Positions 38,476-48,336 are shown, counted from the stretch's first letter. The stretch is DNA of 64,000 nt from Terracidiphilus sp. (GCA_036488735.1 DASXHC010000031.1:27479-91478), one strand, 5' to 3'. Translations and numbers: made by a program. Notes: generated by a model from the sequence alone, not told the origin.

Positions 38476-38727
38476 ATGAACACGAATACGCCTCCCGGAC
38501 CGGGCCCAGGGCCAGCCAGAGACACCTGCGGCCGGCGCATTGACGAGGCCGTCGAATTGATCGAGATGGAACTCCGGCACGCCGTCGCCTACGTCAATGA
38601 TGCGGTCATACCCCAGGTCCGCCGCGAATCCATCTCGGCGATGCGCAACCTGTCCGACACCCTGCGCAACCTTGCTGACCGCTTTGAGAACAGCGCTCAT
38701 CCGCCCAAGGGTCCCCACGCCGGATGA
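38476..38727 (+). CDS. small hypothetical helical protein, translationally coupled to rlpA
   Basis: 83 aa from the ATG at 38476 (GAGG upstream). Its stop overlaps the rlpA start (ATGA at 38724-38727). Confidence 0.45.
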   Translation: MNTNTPPGPGPGPARDTCGRRIDEAVELIEMELRHAVAYVNDAVIPQVRRESISAMRNLSDTLRNLADRFENSAHPPKGPHAG

Positions 38728-39536
38728 GTGGATTCTCTCCAGCCAATGGTGTCACGCGCAGGACAGCGCCCGCACTCCTGGCTCTCAGCGTCTTGTTTGT
38801 CGCCGGTTGCTCGCATCATCCCAAAACTGCCTCCCGGCGACAGCCGACCGCGCCCGTGATTGAACCTGCTGCGCCCCCCCTGCCCGCGCCCCCGCCCACC
38901 AGCGGGACGACCGCCCGGATTCCCCCCACCCCCGTGCCGCCCGGCGGAGTGAGCGCGGAAGATATGCGCTTTGTCAACACCCATCCCCCGCTGCGGACTG
39001 AGGTGGGATTAGCCACCTGGTACACCGCGCCCTACAAGGGCCGCCGCGCCGCCAACGGCGAAGTATTCGACGACGACGCATTCACGGCCGCCCACCGCAC
39101 TCTGCCCATGGGCTCCCTCGTCGTCGTCACAAATCTCAAGACCGGGCAATACGCCGCCATGCGCATCACCGATCGCGGCCCTTTCGTCGACGGCCGCATC
39201 GTCGATCTCACTGAAGCATCGGCCAAGGCCACGGGCATCTATCGCGCCGGCATCGTGCGCGTGCGCCTCGATGTCTACCAGACCCCCAAGCCCATCGAGA
39301 CCGGCGGCCGCTGGTGCGTGCAGATCGGCGCCTTTCACAGCCAGCGCCAGGCCCTGAAGCTGAAATCGCAGCTCGTCAGCGAATATCCCGGCGCCAGTGT
39401 CATCGAATTCCCCGGCCAGGAAAGCAGCTTCTGGGTGCGCATCCGCCCCCAGGGCGACAACCGCGAGCAGGCTGAAGTGATCGCCCGCAGTCTGCGTCCC
39501 GCGGAAGGCGAAGCCTTCCTGACCCGCCTGGATTGA
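38724..39536 (+). CDS. rlpA: septal-ring lytic transglycosylase RlpA (DPBB + SPOR domains), lipoprotein
   Basis: Lipobox LFVAGC. DPBB region reads GLATWYTAPYKGRRAANGEVFDDDAFTAAHRTLPMGSLVVVTNLKTGQYAAMRITDRGPF. The C-terminal SPOR-like segment reads WCVQIGAFHSQRQALKLK. Confidence 0.9.
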   Translation: MSGFSPANGVTRRTAPALLALSVLFVAGCSHHPKTASRRQPTAPVIEPAAPPLPAPPPTSGTTARIPPTPVPPGGVSAEDMRFVNTHPPLRTEVGLATWYTAPYKGRRAANGEVFDDDAFTAAHRTLPMGSLVVVTNLKTGQYAAMRITDRGPFVDGRIVDLTEASAKATGIYRAGIVRVRLDVYQTPKPIETGGRWCVQIGAFHSQRQALKLKSQLVSEYPGASVIEFPGQESSFWVRIRPQGDNREQAEVIARSLRPAEGEAFLTRLD

Positions 39537-39656
39537 TGCCGGCTCTTTCCTGGCCGCACTCCCAGCCCCCTCCGGATGCCTTCCGGTTTCCTCCTTCCTT
39601 CACGCGGTCTATGATGGGAGACGCATACAGCTCCCATGTTCCGCCAGGAGATATCC

Positions 39657-40733
39657 ATGAACGATCACGATGCCCTAACCAGCGGCCGCGGCCGCCGCGA
39701 CTTTCTTAAGGCCAGCGGCGCCGTCACCGCCGCCCTGCTGGCGCCTTCCGCCTTTGCCGTCACTCCCAACAAATCATTGCCGGCGCTGCCTTCCAATCCC
39801 GTTACGCAAAAGGCGATGCCCACCCGCAACCTCGGCAAGACCGGCTACAAGGTCGGCATCTTCTCCCTCGGCGGCCAGGCCTCCCTTGAGAAAGCCAACA
39901 ACTTCGATGTCGCCGTGCCCATCATCGAGCGCTCTCTCGATCTCGGCGTCAACTACATCGACACCTCCTCCATCTACGGCGGCCCGCTGCGCTGGAGCGA
40001 GCAATACGTCGGCAAGGTCATGGCCACCCGCCGCCATGAAGCGTTCCTCGCCACCAAGACCAAGGAGCGCACCCGCGACGCCTCCCTGCGCATGATTGAA
40101 AAATCACTGCAGCTGCTGCAAACCGATCACGTCGACCTGTGGCAATTGCACGACGTCGGCACCCTGTTCGACGTCAACGAGATCTTCGCCAAGGGCGGCG
40201 CCATGGAAGCCCTGCTCGAAATGCAGGATCAGAAAGTGGTGCGCCATCTCGGCATCACCGGCCACTACCGTCCCGACGCCTTGATGGAGTGCATTCATCG
40301 CCACGACTTCGACACCATCCTCATGGCCATGAACGCCGCCGATCCCCACCACTACAGCTTCAACGAAGCCCTCCTGCCTCTCGCCGTCGAAAAGCAAATG
40401 GGCATCATCGGCATGAAGATCCCCGGCCGCGGCCGCATTCTCGCGTCATGGAACCCGCCGCCCATCGAACAGCAGAAAAAATCCTGGGAAGGCATGACCA
40501 TCCAGACCAGTAATCCCGGCACCCTCACCATGCGCGAAGCCATGTACTACACCCTCTCGCGCCCCGTAAGCACCGTGATCATCGGCTGCGACACCATCGC
40601 CCAGCTTGAAGAAAATGTACAACTGGCCCGCGACTTCAATCCCATCACCGACAAGCACGCCGGCGAGCTTGTCGCCCGCGCCGAGCCATGCGCCAAGCCA
40701 TCGCTCTTCTTCCGCTTCTACGACCGCCCCTGA
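39657..40733 (+). CDS. Tat-signal aldo/keto reductase
   Basis: The ATG at 39657 follows AGGAG. Twin-arginine leader is GRGRRDFLKASGAVTAALLAP. The AKR core contains GVNYIDTSSIYG, DHVDLWQLHD and GITGH. Confidence 0.85.
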   Translation: MNDHDALTSGRGRRDFLKASGAVTAALLAPSAFAVTPNKSLPALPSNPVTQKAMPTRNLGKTGYKVGIFSLGGQASLEKANNFDVAVPIIERSLDLGVNYIDTSSIYGGPLRWSEQYVGKVMATRRHEAFLATKTKERTRDASLRMIEKSLQLLQTDHVDLWQLHDVGTLFDVNEIFAKGGAMEALLEMQDQKVVRHLGITGHYRPDALMECIHRHDFDTILMAMNAADPHHYSFNEALLPLAVEKQMGIIGMKIPGRGRILASWNPPPIEQQKKSWEGMTIQTSNPGTLTMREAMYYTLSRPVSTVIIGCDTIAQLEENVQLARDFNPITDKHAGELVARAEPCAKPSLFFRFYDRP

Positions 40734-40859
40734 TCGCCGGCGGCGCCGGCTTGCGGAAAATGCAAGCCGGCAAACCCGCGGGGAGCAGGAAATGTCCGCG
40801 GCATGACTGCTAAGTCGTGCCGCGGCACTCGTTCGGTCTGGAACTCGTGCGCTCTTTGC

Positions 40860-41252
40860 TTATTTCGCCGTTCGCCGGCGATTCCCAAAAACAATCAGGG
40901 CCACCCCGCCCCCGCCGACTGCGGCTCCGGCTCCCATGCAGGGTGCCGCAGCGTTATGAAACCAGGAATCGTTCGTCGCCGCAACCCCGGCTACGAAAAC
41001 CAGGGTGCCGACGGCAATGAGCCCAATCCCCACGCCCGTCATGACCTTCCCACCGGATGTCATGTGGCTTTGCGGGCGCGTCTGAATAGGTGCCCCCGCC
41101 GCGTTATTTTGGGCGTCTTGCCACGGAATCGCCGCCGCATAGGCGCCCCCGTTTTTGGCCAATGCGCTAAAGGGGATGGGGCCCTCCGCAAGCGCCAGCG
41201 TAGAACTGGATAGCATGCTCAGGATCAATATCGACAACGCGAATAACTTCAT
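40860..41252 (-). CDS. small exported/membrane Gly-rich protein
   Basis: The ATG at 41252 follows AAGGAG. Signal peptide MKLFALSILILSMLSSSTLALA, two Gly/Ala-rich hydrophobic segments and a basic C-terminus. Confidence 0.55.
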   Translation of the reverse strand: MKLFALSILILSMLSSSTLALAEGPIPFSALAKNGGAYAAAIPWQDAQNNAAGAPIQTRPQSHMTSGGKVMTGVGIGLIAVGTLVFVAGVAATNDSWFHNAAAPCMGAGAAVGGGGVALIVFGNRRRTAK

Positions 41253-41475
41253 CGACAACTCCTTACGGTCCGATAAATTCAAACGCAAGCCGAAATTAAG
41301 GTTTTGAAAACCCCTCCATCTTCCATCCCCATCGGAAGTAACGTCAAACCATTTCGGTAGCCGGTCAGGCCATTTGTCGATATTTTTCATGGCACACGTC
41401 TTCGCGCTTCCCCCACGCCCTGTACGTCGAGGGCTCACACCGGCCAAACGCGGCCCGCCCCGGCCGCACGTTAAC

Positions 41476-42231
41476 ATGGAATGGAAGAATTTTTGGCGTT
41501 GGTCCGTCATGACCCTGGGTGCCTGCCGCGTGCCGATCCCCGAACCGTTCCGAATTCACATCGCCCCTGGCTGGTTCTTCATGGGGTCCGACGCTGGTCA
41601 GGCCGTGGAAAGCCCCGTTCATCGCGTCTGCCTCGAATCCTTTGCCATGGCGGCCACCCAGGTTACCGTTGCGGAGTACGCGCGTTTTCTGGACGCCACT
41701 GGAAACGTGCCGCCCCCTTACTGGAACGACCCCCGCTTCTCTCACCCCCGGCAGCCTGTGGTGGCGGTTTCCTGGTTTGACGCTGTGGCCTATTGCGCGT
41801 GGCTTTCCTCCATGACCGGCTCGCACTATCGACTTCCTACAGAAGCCGAGTGGGAGCGGGCCGCCCGCGGCGATGCCCAGGGAATGTCATTCCCTTGGGG
41901 CAATGATCCGCCGATGTCGCGCCCCGGCTACCACGCTCGCTGGAACACCGGCCCTGAGCCAGTCGGCCAATCCAGGCCGAATGACTACGGCTTATTCGAC
42001 ATGTGCGAGAACGTGCATGAGTGGTGCAGCGACTGGTTCGCGGCCGACTACTATGCGATCTCCCCTGAGCGGAATCCACAAGGACCGGAAGAAGGCAAGA
42101 GAAAAGCTTCGCGCGGAGGCTCCTGGCGCCACCAGATCAAGATTTCACAATGCTCGGCACGTTCCAGCATCCCGCCGGAATTCAAATACGCTGACTATGG
42201 CTTTCGAGTCGCTTGCAACGGCGCTGGCTGA
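41476..42231 (+). CDS. formylglycine-generating-enzyme (SUMF1/FGE-sulfatase) domain protein
   Basis: GWFFMGSD, VSWFDAVAYCAWLS, YRLPTEAEWERAARG, NVHEWCSDW and RGGSWR motifs. The start is uncertain: 41374, 41476 or 41509. Confidence 0.8.
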   Translation: MEWKNFWRWSVMTLGACRVPIPEPFRIHIAPGWFFMGSDAGQAVESPVHRVCLESFAMAATQVTVAEYARFLDATGNVPPPYWNDPRFSHPRQPVVAVSWFDAVAYCAWLSSMTGSHYRLPTEAEWERAARGDAQGMSFPWGNDPPMSRPGYHARWNTGPEPVGQSRPNDYGLFDMCENVHEWCSDWFAADYYAISPERNPQGPEEGKRKASRGGSWRHQIKISQCSARSSIPPEFKYADYGFRVACNGAG

Positions 42232-42288
42232 AACATGACCGCAATGATCCGCCCCAACCAGACATCAATCGCGTTCACCCTTAGAGGC

Positions 42289-42487
42289 GTCATCCCGCAG
42301 CGAAGCGGAGGGATCTGCGGCTGTTCTTGCCTTTGCTGTTGAAGCTTCCCAATCGGCGGTCACTCGACCGCTTCGAACATTTCTTGAAGCTGCGAGATGT
42401 GCTCACAAGAGGCACGGAGTGTCAGGGCACGAATTCAGTCGTGCCGCCAGAGCCCGCCCTGATAATCGGGCTTCAGCCCCTGAGGGA
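42289..42487. repeat. REP-like structured intergenic elements
   Basis: GTCATCCCGCAGCGAAGCGGAGGGATCTGCGG... at 42289-42341. GGCACGAATTCAGTCGTGCC hairpin at 42426-42445. GCCCGCCCTGATAATCGGGC hairpin at 42452-42471. When translated (SGHEFSRAA...APEG) they resemble dispersed elements I recall from Acidobacteria. Only one copy of each lies in this window. Confidence 0.4.
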
Positions 42488-42550
42488 TGTAACTTCCGAG
42501 CAGGCGGTCACCCGCCCCGAAAATCAGAAATCGACAGCGCCATCGACGGA

Positions 42551-42666
42551 GACGGAGCCAGGGTCGCCGGCGGAGACGGAGCCAGGGTTGCCGGCGGAAA
42601 CGGAGCCAGGGTTGCCGGCGGAGGGAGCAAAGGTCGCCGACGGAGGGAGCAAAGGTCGCCGACGGA
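42551..42666. repeat. tandem minisatellite: 3 x 24-nt units then 2 x 22-nt units
   Basis: GACGGAGCCAGGGTCGCCGGCGGA at 42551-42574, with near-identical copies at 42575-42598 and 42599-42622. GGGAGCAAAGGTCGCCGACGGA at 42623-42644 and 42645-42666. Followed by the hairpin AGGGGCC-TTCA-GGCCCCT at 42673-42690. Confidence 0.85.
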
Positions 42667-42944
42667 GGGAGCAGGGGCCTTCAGGCCCCTGAACGCAAGG
42701 TTGCAATCAGAGCGGCTTTAGCCGCGGGTCTTTCGTTCATGCTTCTCGTCTCCAAAGGGCTACGCAGGAAACCCGTGATTTCGGCGGTGACTCGGGAATT
42801 ATGCGGCTACAATTCTAGGCGTGATCATTCCCGTTGCGAAATGGCCGACTTGGGCACGCTATTCTGCTGGGAATTTTGACTTGGGCGCGCCACCTTCACT
42901 CCAGATTAGCGGTCCGTCCGCAAGAGCCTGCGAGGAGGAATCCC

Positions 42945-43586
42945 ATGGCCGAGAGTCCCAACAAGGAAGACACGATCCATTTTGTAGATGCTATTCTGCG
43001 GAGCCTGGAGAAGGAGTCCGCCAAAGCCAAGAAGCGCTTCGAATTGCTCACCCGCATGCCGCGCGAGCTTCCCGAGGAATGCAAGTCAATCTGGCATGAC
43101 ATGGCTTTCTGCTTCATTTTCAACCAGGATTTTGCTGCACTTTGCCTCTGCGGCGCCTTCGTGGAATCTTTCCTGGCGACCACCATCCCTCATTTTGAGA
43201 AGAAGAATCGTCAACCCCAGAGGGCGCTTCCAAGCAACCTCTACGGCTTGATCGAGCGCGCAAAACGAATCGGCTTGATTTCGGAGAGCGAAAGGGAAAT
43301 CATGCAGGATTTTCGCAAGTTTATCCGAAATCTCTATGCGCATGGCGATACCAAGGCCGCTGCCGACCTGCTGTCCGCCATTAATGCCGGAGGGCGCGTC
43401 GTGATCGAAGATGGCCAAGTGACTGTAACACCGCTTTCCGAGAAGCAAATTGAAGAGCTGCGCCGCGACACCATCAAGGCGCGCCTTGACTACACCACCG
43501 AAAAGTTCGCCGAGCCCGTCATCCGCTGGACCGCACACTGGGCCAGACAATGCGCTCTGAACGCCTATCGGCCGCCCAAGGCATAG
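42945..43586 (+). CDS. orphan hypothetical protein (possible DUF4145/Abi-like helical domain)
   Basis: The ATG at 42945 follows GAGGAGGA. 213 aa, no signal peptide. The IRNLYAHGD motif resembles the RN..AH motif of DUF4145-type domains (weak, from memory). Confidence 0.55.
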   Translation: MAESPNKEDTIHFVDAILRSLEKESAKAKKRFELLTRMPRELPEECKSIWHDMAFCFIFNQDFAALCLCGAFVESFLATTIPHFEKKNRQPQRALPSNLYGLIERAKRIGLISESEREIMQDFRKFIRNLYAHGDTKAAADLLSAINAGGRVVIEDGQVTVTPLSEKQIEELRRDTIKARLDYTTEKFAEPVIRWTAHWARQCALNAYRPPKA

Positions 43587-43633
43587 GCGGGTGGCCCCGG
43601 TCCCGGATCTTTCCAGACCACATATGAGGGTGC

Positions 43634-43662
43634 CCCCGGTCCCTCGCATTTGGGGACCGGGG
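43634..43662. repeat. REP-like GC hairpin
   Basis: CCCCGGTCCC-TCGCATTTG-GGGACCGGGG, a perfect 10-bp stem. Confidence 0.5.
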
Positions 43663-43899
43663 ATGTTACCGACTCAACCCTGAATCCGCTCGGCGATGAT
43701 GTTCCTCACTGGTTCGAGCGTCAGGACATCAAGTGGTGGGGGAAGCAGATATGTCGCGAACGTTACAGGAGCGAGTACGAGCAAAAGAAGTAGCCGCCGC
43801 CAAAGAGTTTTAAACCCCAGTTCGGAGGAAATTGTGGATCCTCTCGGAAGTTTGGTTGCCCATACTTCATTCGACGAGGACAGGAATCTCGCTTCTCCA

Positions 43900-44574
43900 T
43901 CAGCCTCGTTCCTGACTAGCGATTCTCTTCCGCAGCACCCACGTCGTCATGCACCGGTAATCCTGCACGATCGTCGTCTTCAGCGGATCGACCAGCACTG
44001 CATTCATCTCCTCGGTCAGATCCATCAGCATGTCCTCATCCACCAGGAACCACTCCGAGCCATCGCCAACTATGAACTTGTGCCCGCGCACCGGCTGGAA
44101 ATCCATGCCGATGCGCGAACCCAGCCGGCAGAACAACATCCCTCCGGGTTTCACCACCCGCCACAACTCCGACACCATGGCGAGAAAATGATCGTCGTCG
44201 CGCGCGAAGTGAAGCACTGAAGAACACAGCACCACATCCGCGAATCCATCGGCGAACGGCATGGCCTCGATGGCGCCCACTCGAAAATTTTCCGCCGGCA
44301 GTCCGGTGTCGAGCGATGCCGAGAGCTGGCGCACATGCTCCACGCCCCCGGCATCCTGGTCCAGCGCAAACACATTGCACCCTGCGCCCAGCAGGTAAAC
44401 CAGATTGCGCCCGAAACCGCAGCCCGCATCCAGCACGCGCATGCCCCCTGCGATATTCCCCCGCAGTATCTGGTCGAAGACGTAAATGTCGATCTGCCCG
44501 AATTGCTCTTGAACGCTTAACGCCACCGTCGTCCCTTCACTGCTTCCCCGAGTCGGGTGTTTGCCGCTAAACAC
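43900..44574 (-). CDS. class I SAM-dependent methyltransferase (small-molecule type)
   Basis: Motif I VLDAGCGFGRN, post-I FALDQD, and motif II/III DVVLCSSVLHF...LWRVVKPGG. GTG start. I see no DNA-methyltransferase motifs. Confidence 0.8.
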   Translation of the reverse strand: MFSGKHPTRGSSEGTTVALSVQEQFGQIDIYVFDQILRGNIAGGMRVLDAGCGFGRNLVYLLGAGCNVFALDQDAGGVEHVRQLSASLDTGLPAENFRVGAIEAMPFADGFADVVLCSSVLHFARDDDHFLAMVSELWRVVKPGGMLFCRLGSRIGMDFQPVRGHKFIVGDGSEWFLVDEDMLMDLTEEMNAVLVDPLKTTIVQDYRCMTTWVLRKRIASQERG

Positions 44575-44969
44575 GCAACCTCGTGTGCCGCGGTTGTCTC
44601 TTCAATATTTCGCCCTGAAAAGCATGAAAAATCGCTGCTGTTATTGCGCTGTGCAAGCTAGCGTATCTCGATTGGAATCATAAGGATACACGTGCAAATT
44701 CGCGCCTGAAGTAACCAAAAATCAAGAAATACGCTAAAATCACTGTTTTTAGACACCGTCGAAATCGCTCATATCTTCAACGTATAAAAGGATTTACATC
44801 CAATTATCCAATGTTAGCCAAAAACCCGTTTGCCCCAACTCGGCAAAAAAGACTCTCGCTCTGCACAAAGATCTGCACGCCTCGTTTTGGGCGCCGTTGT
44901 TACTACAAAGTAACTCTGCGCGTCCCCCATTCTTGACCTGAATCATCCACATTTTTCCGGCGCTGCCTC

Positions 44970-46799
44970 TCAGCCTTCGGCGTTCAGATACAAGCCGTAG
45001 TGTTCGTCCCGGATCGCTGCGAATGGCCGCAGCGTCATGGGCTCGGCCTCCGTCTTCACCTGCCAGTCGGTTGATCCCGCCGCCACCTGCGTCGCGCCCA
45101 GCAAGTCCTGGCGCCGCACCATGGCCGGCACCGCGCCCACTGTGAACAGCGCCAGCGGCCCGTGCACCGGCGCAACCATGCGTGGATGTTGGGGATCGAC
45201 AGCCTCGAGCGCCGTCGGCATGTCGAATTCCATCTCCATGCGATCGCCGTTCTTCCACGTGCGCTTGATCTGCGCGAACTTGCCCGGCTCGATCGTTCCA
45301 TCCATCCGCTTTCCGTTCACCGCGATCGTCGTCTTCGGACCCGCCCACGCCGGCACCCGCAGATACACGGCAAACGCAGCCTGCCTGTCTGTTTCCACCA
45401 CGATCTCCGTCGCCGGCGTGTGCGGATAATGGGTCTTTTGCGTCAGCGCGATGCCCGCCCCGCCACGGTTCCACCTCACGCGCGAAGGCACAAAAAGGTT
45501 TACGTATACACCATCATCGTCGTGGAAGTACGAACTGATCCCATAATCCGCCGTCACCTGCGAATAGGTGCCGGTGCAGCAGTGCCACTGATACGGGTGA
45601 TACACCTTGGAGCCGTCGCGGTTGTAGTCGGAGTAGTAGAAGCCGCGGCCGTCTTCCTGGATGGGTTTCGCTCCGAGGATGCAGTTGTAGAGCACCCTCT
45701 CCATGCTGTCGCCATAGCGGCTGTCGCGCGTCACGCGGGTGAGGTAGCGCGTGATTTTGAAATGCGCGTAGGAACCGCACGGCGTCTCAAAGCTGGAGTG
45801 CGTCTTGTCCAGGCTCTGCCCCAGTTCGCCGCTGCCCGGCTCGCGAAAACTTTCATCCGGCCCCCATCCGCCAGTCGCAAAGCTCTGAGCGCGAACCAAG
45901 TCGAACCCGTTGCGCGCCGCGCGCAAGTGCTTCTCGCTGCCCAATACGAGATAAGCCTGCATAGCGCTGCCCATCGCGTTCACATGGCTGTAGGCATGTT
46001 TGCCGGGCAGGACATTTTGCCCATTGGCAAGCGGGTCCCAATACCAGTCATCGGCAAGAAAGCGGACAGCGAGATCTTTGTAACGGCTGCCTGCACCACG
46101 CTGAAACGCGATGAACGCGTTCTCGGAAATTGTGTACGGCTCGTCCCAGCAGAACGAGTCGTCCTTGTGGGGTCGCGCGTATTGCTGCGCGCGCGAAATC
46201 CCGCCCGGCGGCAGGTGGGACGAAACCGAATCCAGCGTTTTGTCGAGAACTTTCAGCGCATCCGGCGCACTCGCGAATTGATGCGCGTCGAGCAGTCCGA
46301 TCGAGATTTTGTCGTAGGTGTAGGCGGGGAACCGGTTGTCGTCCCAGAAATGCGGTGAAATGGCAGGGGCGAAGTTGCGAACCAGGCGATGGACTTTTTC
46401 CTGCGTTGCCTTGTCGCCGGTGGCGGCGTAATCCCGCGACAGTCCGGAAAGGTATTGCCCGAAGCTGTGACCGGGGGCAAATCCGTTATTGGGCCGTGCG
46501 TCCAGATCGCTGAGCGGCGCCCAGCTATACCAGCCTCCCATGTCATCTCCGGGAGCAGGAATTCCGCCGCGCTGACGAAACGGTTTTAAGAGCCGGTCTT
46601 CATCGAGGCCGGCGTAGAAGGCATGGTTGGTTTGAAACTGCTGACGTAACGGGCCTTCGAGGAGTTCGACTTCGCTATAGTTGAACTGCTGAAGGGGTGC
46701 GGCCGTCGCGGCTTCGGCGAGCGATTTGCGGGAACAAAGCACGGATGCCGCAGCCAGAGCAGTGCCGGCCTTGAGAAAATCTCTGCGCGAAGATTTCAC
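44970..46799 (-). CDS. Tat-signal glycoside hydrolase family 127 (beta-L-arabinofuranosidase-like, DUF1680)
   Basis: Leader MKSSRRDFLKAGTALAAASVL. The size (609 aa) and the WHCCTGT Cys pair are typical of the GH127 Zn/Cys site. Confidence 0.75.
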   Translation of the reverse strand: MKSSRRDFLKAGTALAAASVLCSRKSLAEAATAAPLQQFNYSEVELLEGPLRQQFQTNHAFYAGLDEDRLLKPFRQRGGIPAPGDDMGGWYSWAPLSDLDARPNNGFAPGHSFGQYLSGLSRDYAATGDKATQEKVHRLVRNFAPAISPHFWDDNRFPAYTYDKISIGLLDAHQFASAPDALKVLDKTLDSVSSHLPPGGISRAQQYARPHKDDSFCWDEPYTISENAFIAFQRGAGSRYKDLAVRFLADDWYWDPLANGQNVLPGKHAYSHVNAMGSAMQAYLVLGSEKHLRAARNGFDLVRAQSFATGGWGPDESFREPGSGELGQSLDKTHSSFETPCGSYAHFKITRYLTRVTRDSRYGDSMERVLYNCILGAKPIQEDGRGFYYSDYNRDGSKVYHPYQWHCCTGTYSQVTADYGISSYFHDDDGVYVNLFVPSRVRWNRGGAGIALTQKTHYPHTPATEIVVETDRQAAFAVYLRVPAWAGPKTTIAVNGKRMDGTIEPGKFAQIKRTWKNGDRMEMEFDMPTALEAVDPQHPRMVAPVHGPLALFTVGAVPAMVRRQDLLGATQVAAGSTDWQVKTEAEPMTLRPFAAIRDEHYGLYLNAEG

Positions 46800-46929
46800 G
46801 ATGTCTCCCTCAACTACGGGTGCTGACCGAACCCCTCATTCAAACACACTTCGAATGGCTCTGAGAACCCGGCACGCGGCTGGGTTGGCTTTGAGACAAT
46901 AGCCTCGTGGAGGCATTCGGCACAACGAT

Positions 46930-48177
46930 ATGGCTACCCTTGCTCAACAACTCACATTCGCACAAAAGCTTGACCAGCTGGCACGCGTAGCTGTCGAAGT
47001 TGGACTTGGACTCAAAGCGGGCCAGGAACTGCTGATGACGGCGCCCCTCGAAGCAGTCCCCCTGGCGCGGCGCATTACCGAACAGGCCTATCGCGCCGGC
47101 GCATCGCTGGTGACCACGCTCTACAGCGACGACGAGGCGACCCTGATGAGGTTCCGGCTCGCACCCGAGGAAGCCTTCGATCATGCGGCAGCCTGGCTCT
47201 ACGACGGAATGGGATCTGCCTTCAAGAGCGGCGCGGCGCGGCTGGCGATCACCGGGGCAAGTCCCTTGCTGCTGTCGAATGAGGATCCCGCCAGGGTTAG
47301 CCGCGCCAACCGTGCGGTTTCAAAAGCATATCGGCCCGCACTTGAATTGATTACCCGGCATGAGATCAACTGGACCATCGTGGCCTGCGCTACGACGGCA
47401 TGGGCAGCCGCGATGTTTCCGGACGACCCGCCCGACGTGGCTCTCGCCAAACAGTGGGATGCGATTTTCTCGACGTCGCGCGTCGACGTAGACGACCCGG
47501 TGGCCAACTGGAAGGCGCACGATGCGGGATTGCACAAGCGCGCGGACTATATGAACGCCAGGCGCTATGCCGCTTTGCACTACCGCGGTCCGGGAACGGA
47601 TTTTCGCCTGGGACTGGCCGACGATCACATCTGGATGGGCGGCGGCACCACCGCGGGCAACGGGCTTTATTGCATTCCCAATCTCCCCACGGAAGAGATT
47701 TTCTCCGCCCCCCACAAGGATCGCGCCGACGGCACGGTTACCGCGACCAAGCCGTTGTCCTACCAAGGCACGCTGATTGAGGGCATCCGGGTGCGCTTTG
47801 AGCACGGACGCATCGTGGAGGCCAAGGCCACGCGCGGGCAGGAAGTGCTGCAGAAACTCATCGACACCGACGACGGAGCGCGCCGGTTGGGAGAGGTCGC
47901 GCTGGTACCCCATTCGTCGCCCATTGCTGCCAGCGGATTACTCTACTTCAACACCCTCTTCGACGAAAACGCGGCTTCGCACATCGCCCTCGGCCAGGCC
48001 TACACCTCGTGCCTGCGGGAAGGAGACAAGATGTCGCCGGAACAACTAGCCGCGAAGGGCGCGAATGACAGCCTCATTCATGTGGACTGGATGATTGGGT
48101 CGAACCAGCTCGACATCGATGGCATCACGTCGTCGGGCACAGCCGAGCCGCTGATGCGCGGCGGAGAGTGGGTGTAG
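46930..48177 (+). CDS. M29-family aminopeptidase (AmpS/PepS/aminopeptidase T type)
   Basis: 415 aa. N-terminal KLDQLARVAVEVGLGLKAGQELLM and C-terminal ALVPHSSPIA...FDENAASHIALGQAY...HVDWMIG are typical of M29. Confidence 0.85.
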   Translation: MATLAQQLTFAQKLDQLARVAVEVGLGLKAGQELLMTAPLEAVPLARRITEQAYRAGASLVTTLYSDDEATLMRFRLAPEEAFDHAAAWLYDGMGSAFKSGAARLAITGASPLLLSNEDPARVSRANRAVSKAYRPALELITRHEINWTIVACATTAWAAAMFPDDPPDVALAKQWDAIFSTSRVDVDDPVANWKAHDAGLHKRADYMNARRYAALHYRGPGTDFRLGLADDHIWMGGGTTAGNGLYCIPNLPTEEIFSAPHKDRADGTVTATKPLSYQGTLIEGIRVRFEHGRIVEAKATRGQEVLQKLIDTDDGARRLGEVALVPHSSPIAASGLLYFNTLFDENAASHIALGQAYTSCLREGDKMSPEQLAAKGANDSLIHVDWMIGSNQLDIDGITSSGTAEPLMRGGEWV

Positions 48178-48336
48178 ATGGAGCGTACGGTTTTCTCTAC
48201 AACGTTTCAGGACATTCGCTGCCGGGCAGGGCAGGCGCATCCAAGTGGAAGCGGACCATTTGCGGAGAACGATCTGCGCCGATCGACCGCCCCTGCTGTT
48301 CACTCGGGAGCTCGTACGAGCAAAGAGAGCAAACCC

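Noticed and set aside
42551-42690. CRISPR array
   Set aside because: The repeats are directly tandem with no spacers, the units are 22-24 nt, and no cas genes are present in the window.
43587-43793. Read-through tail after the orphan gene stop (...DDVPHWFERQDIKWWGKQICRERYRSEYEQKK)
   Set aside because: It has no start codon in frame after the TAG at 43584-43586 and it runs through a REP-like hairpin. I treat it as a possible gene remnant, mentioned in a finding, and not as a CDS.
45162-46358. 398-aa plus-strand ORF
   Set aside because: It is antisense to the GH127 gene, with artefact composition.
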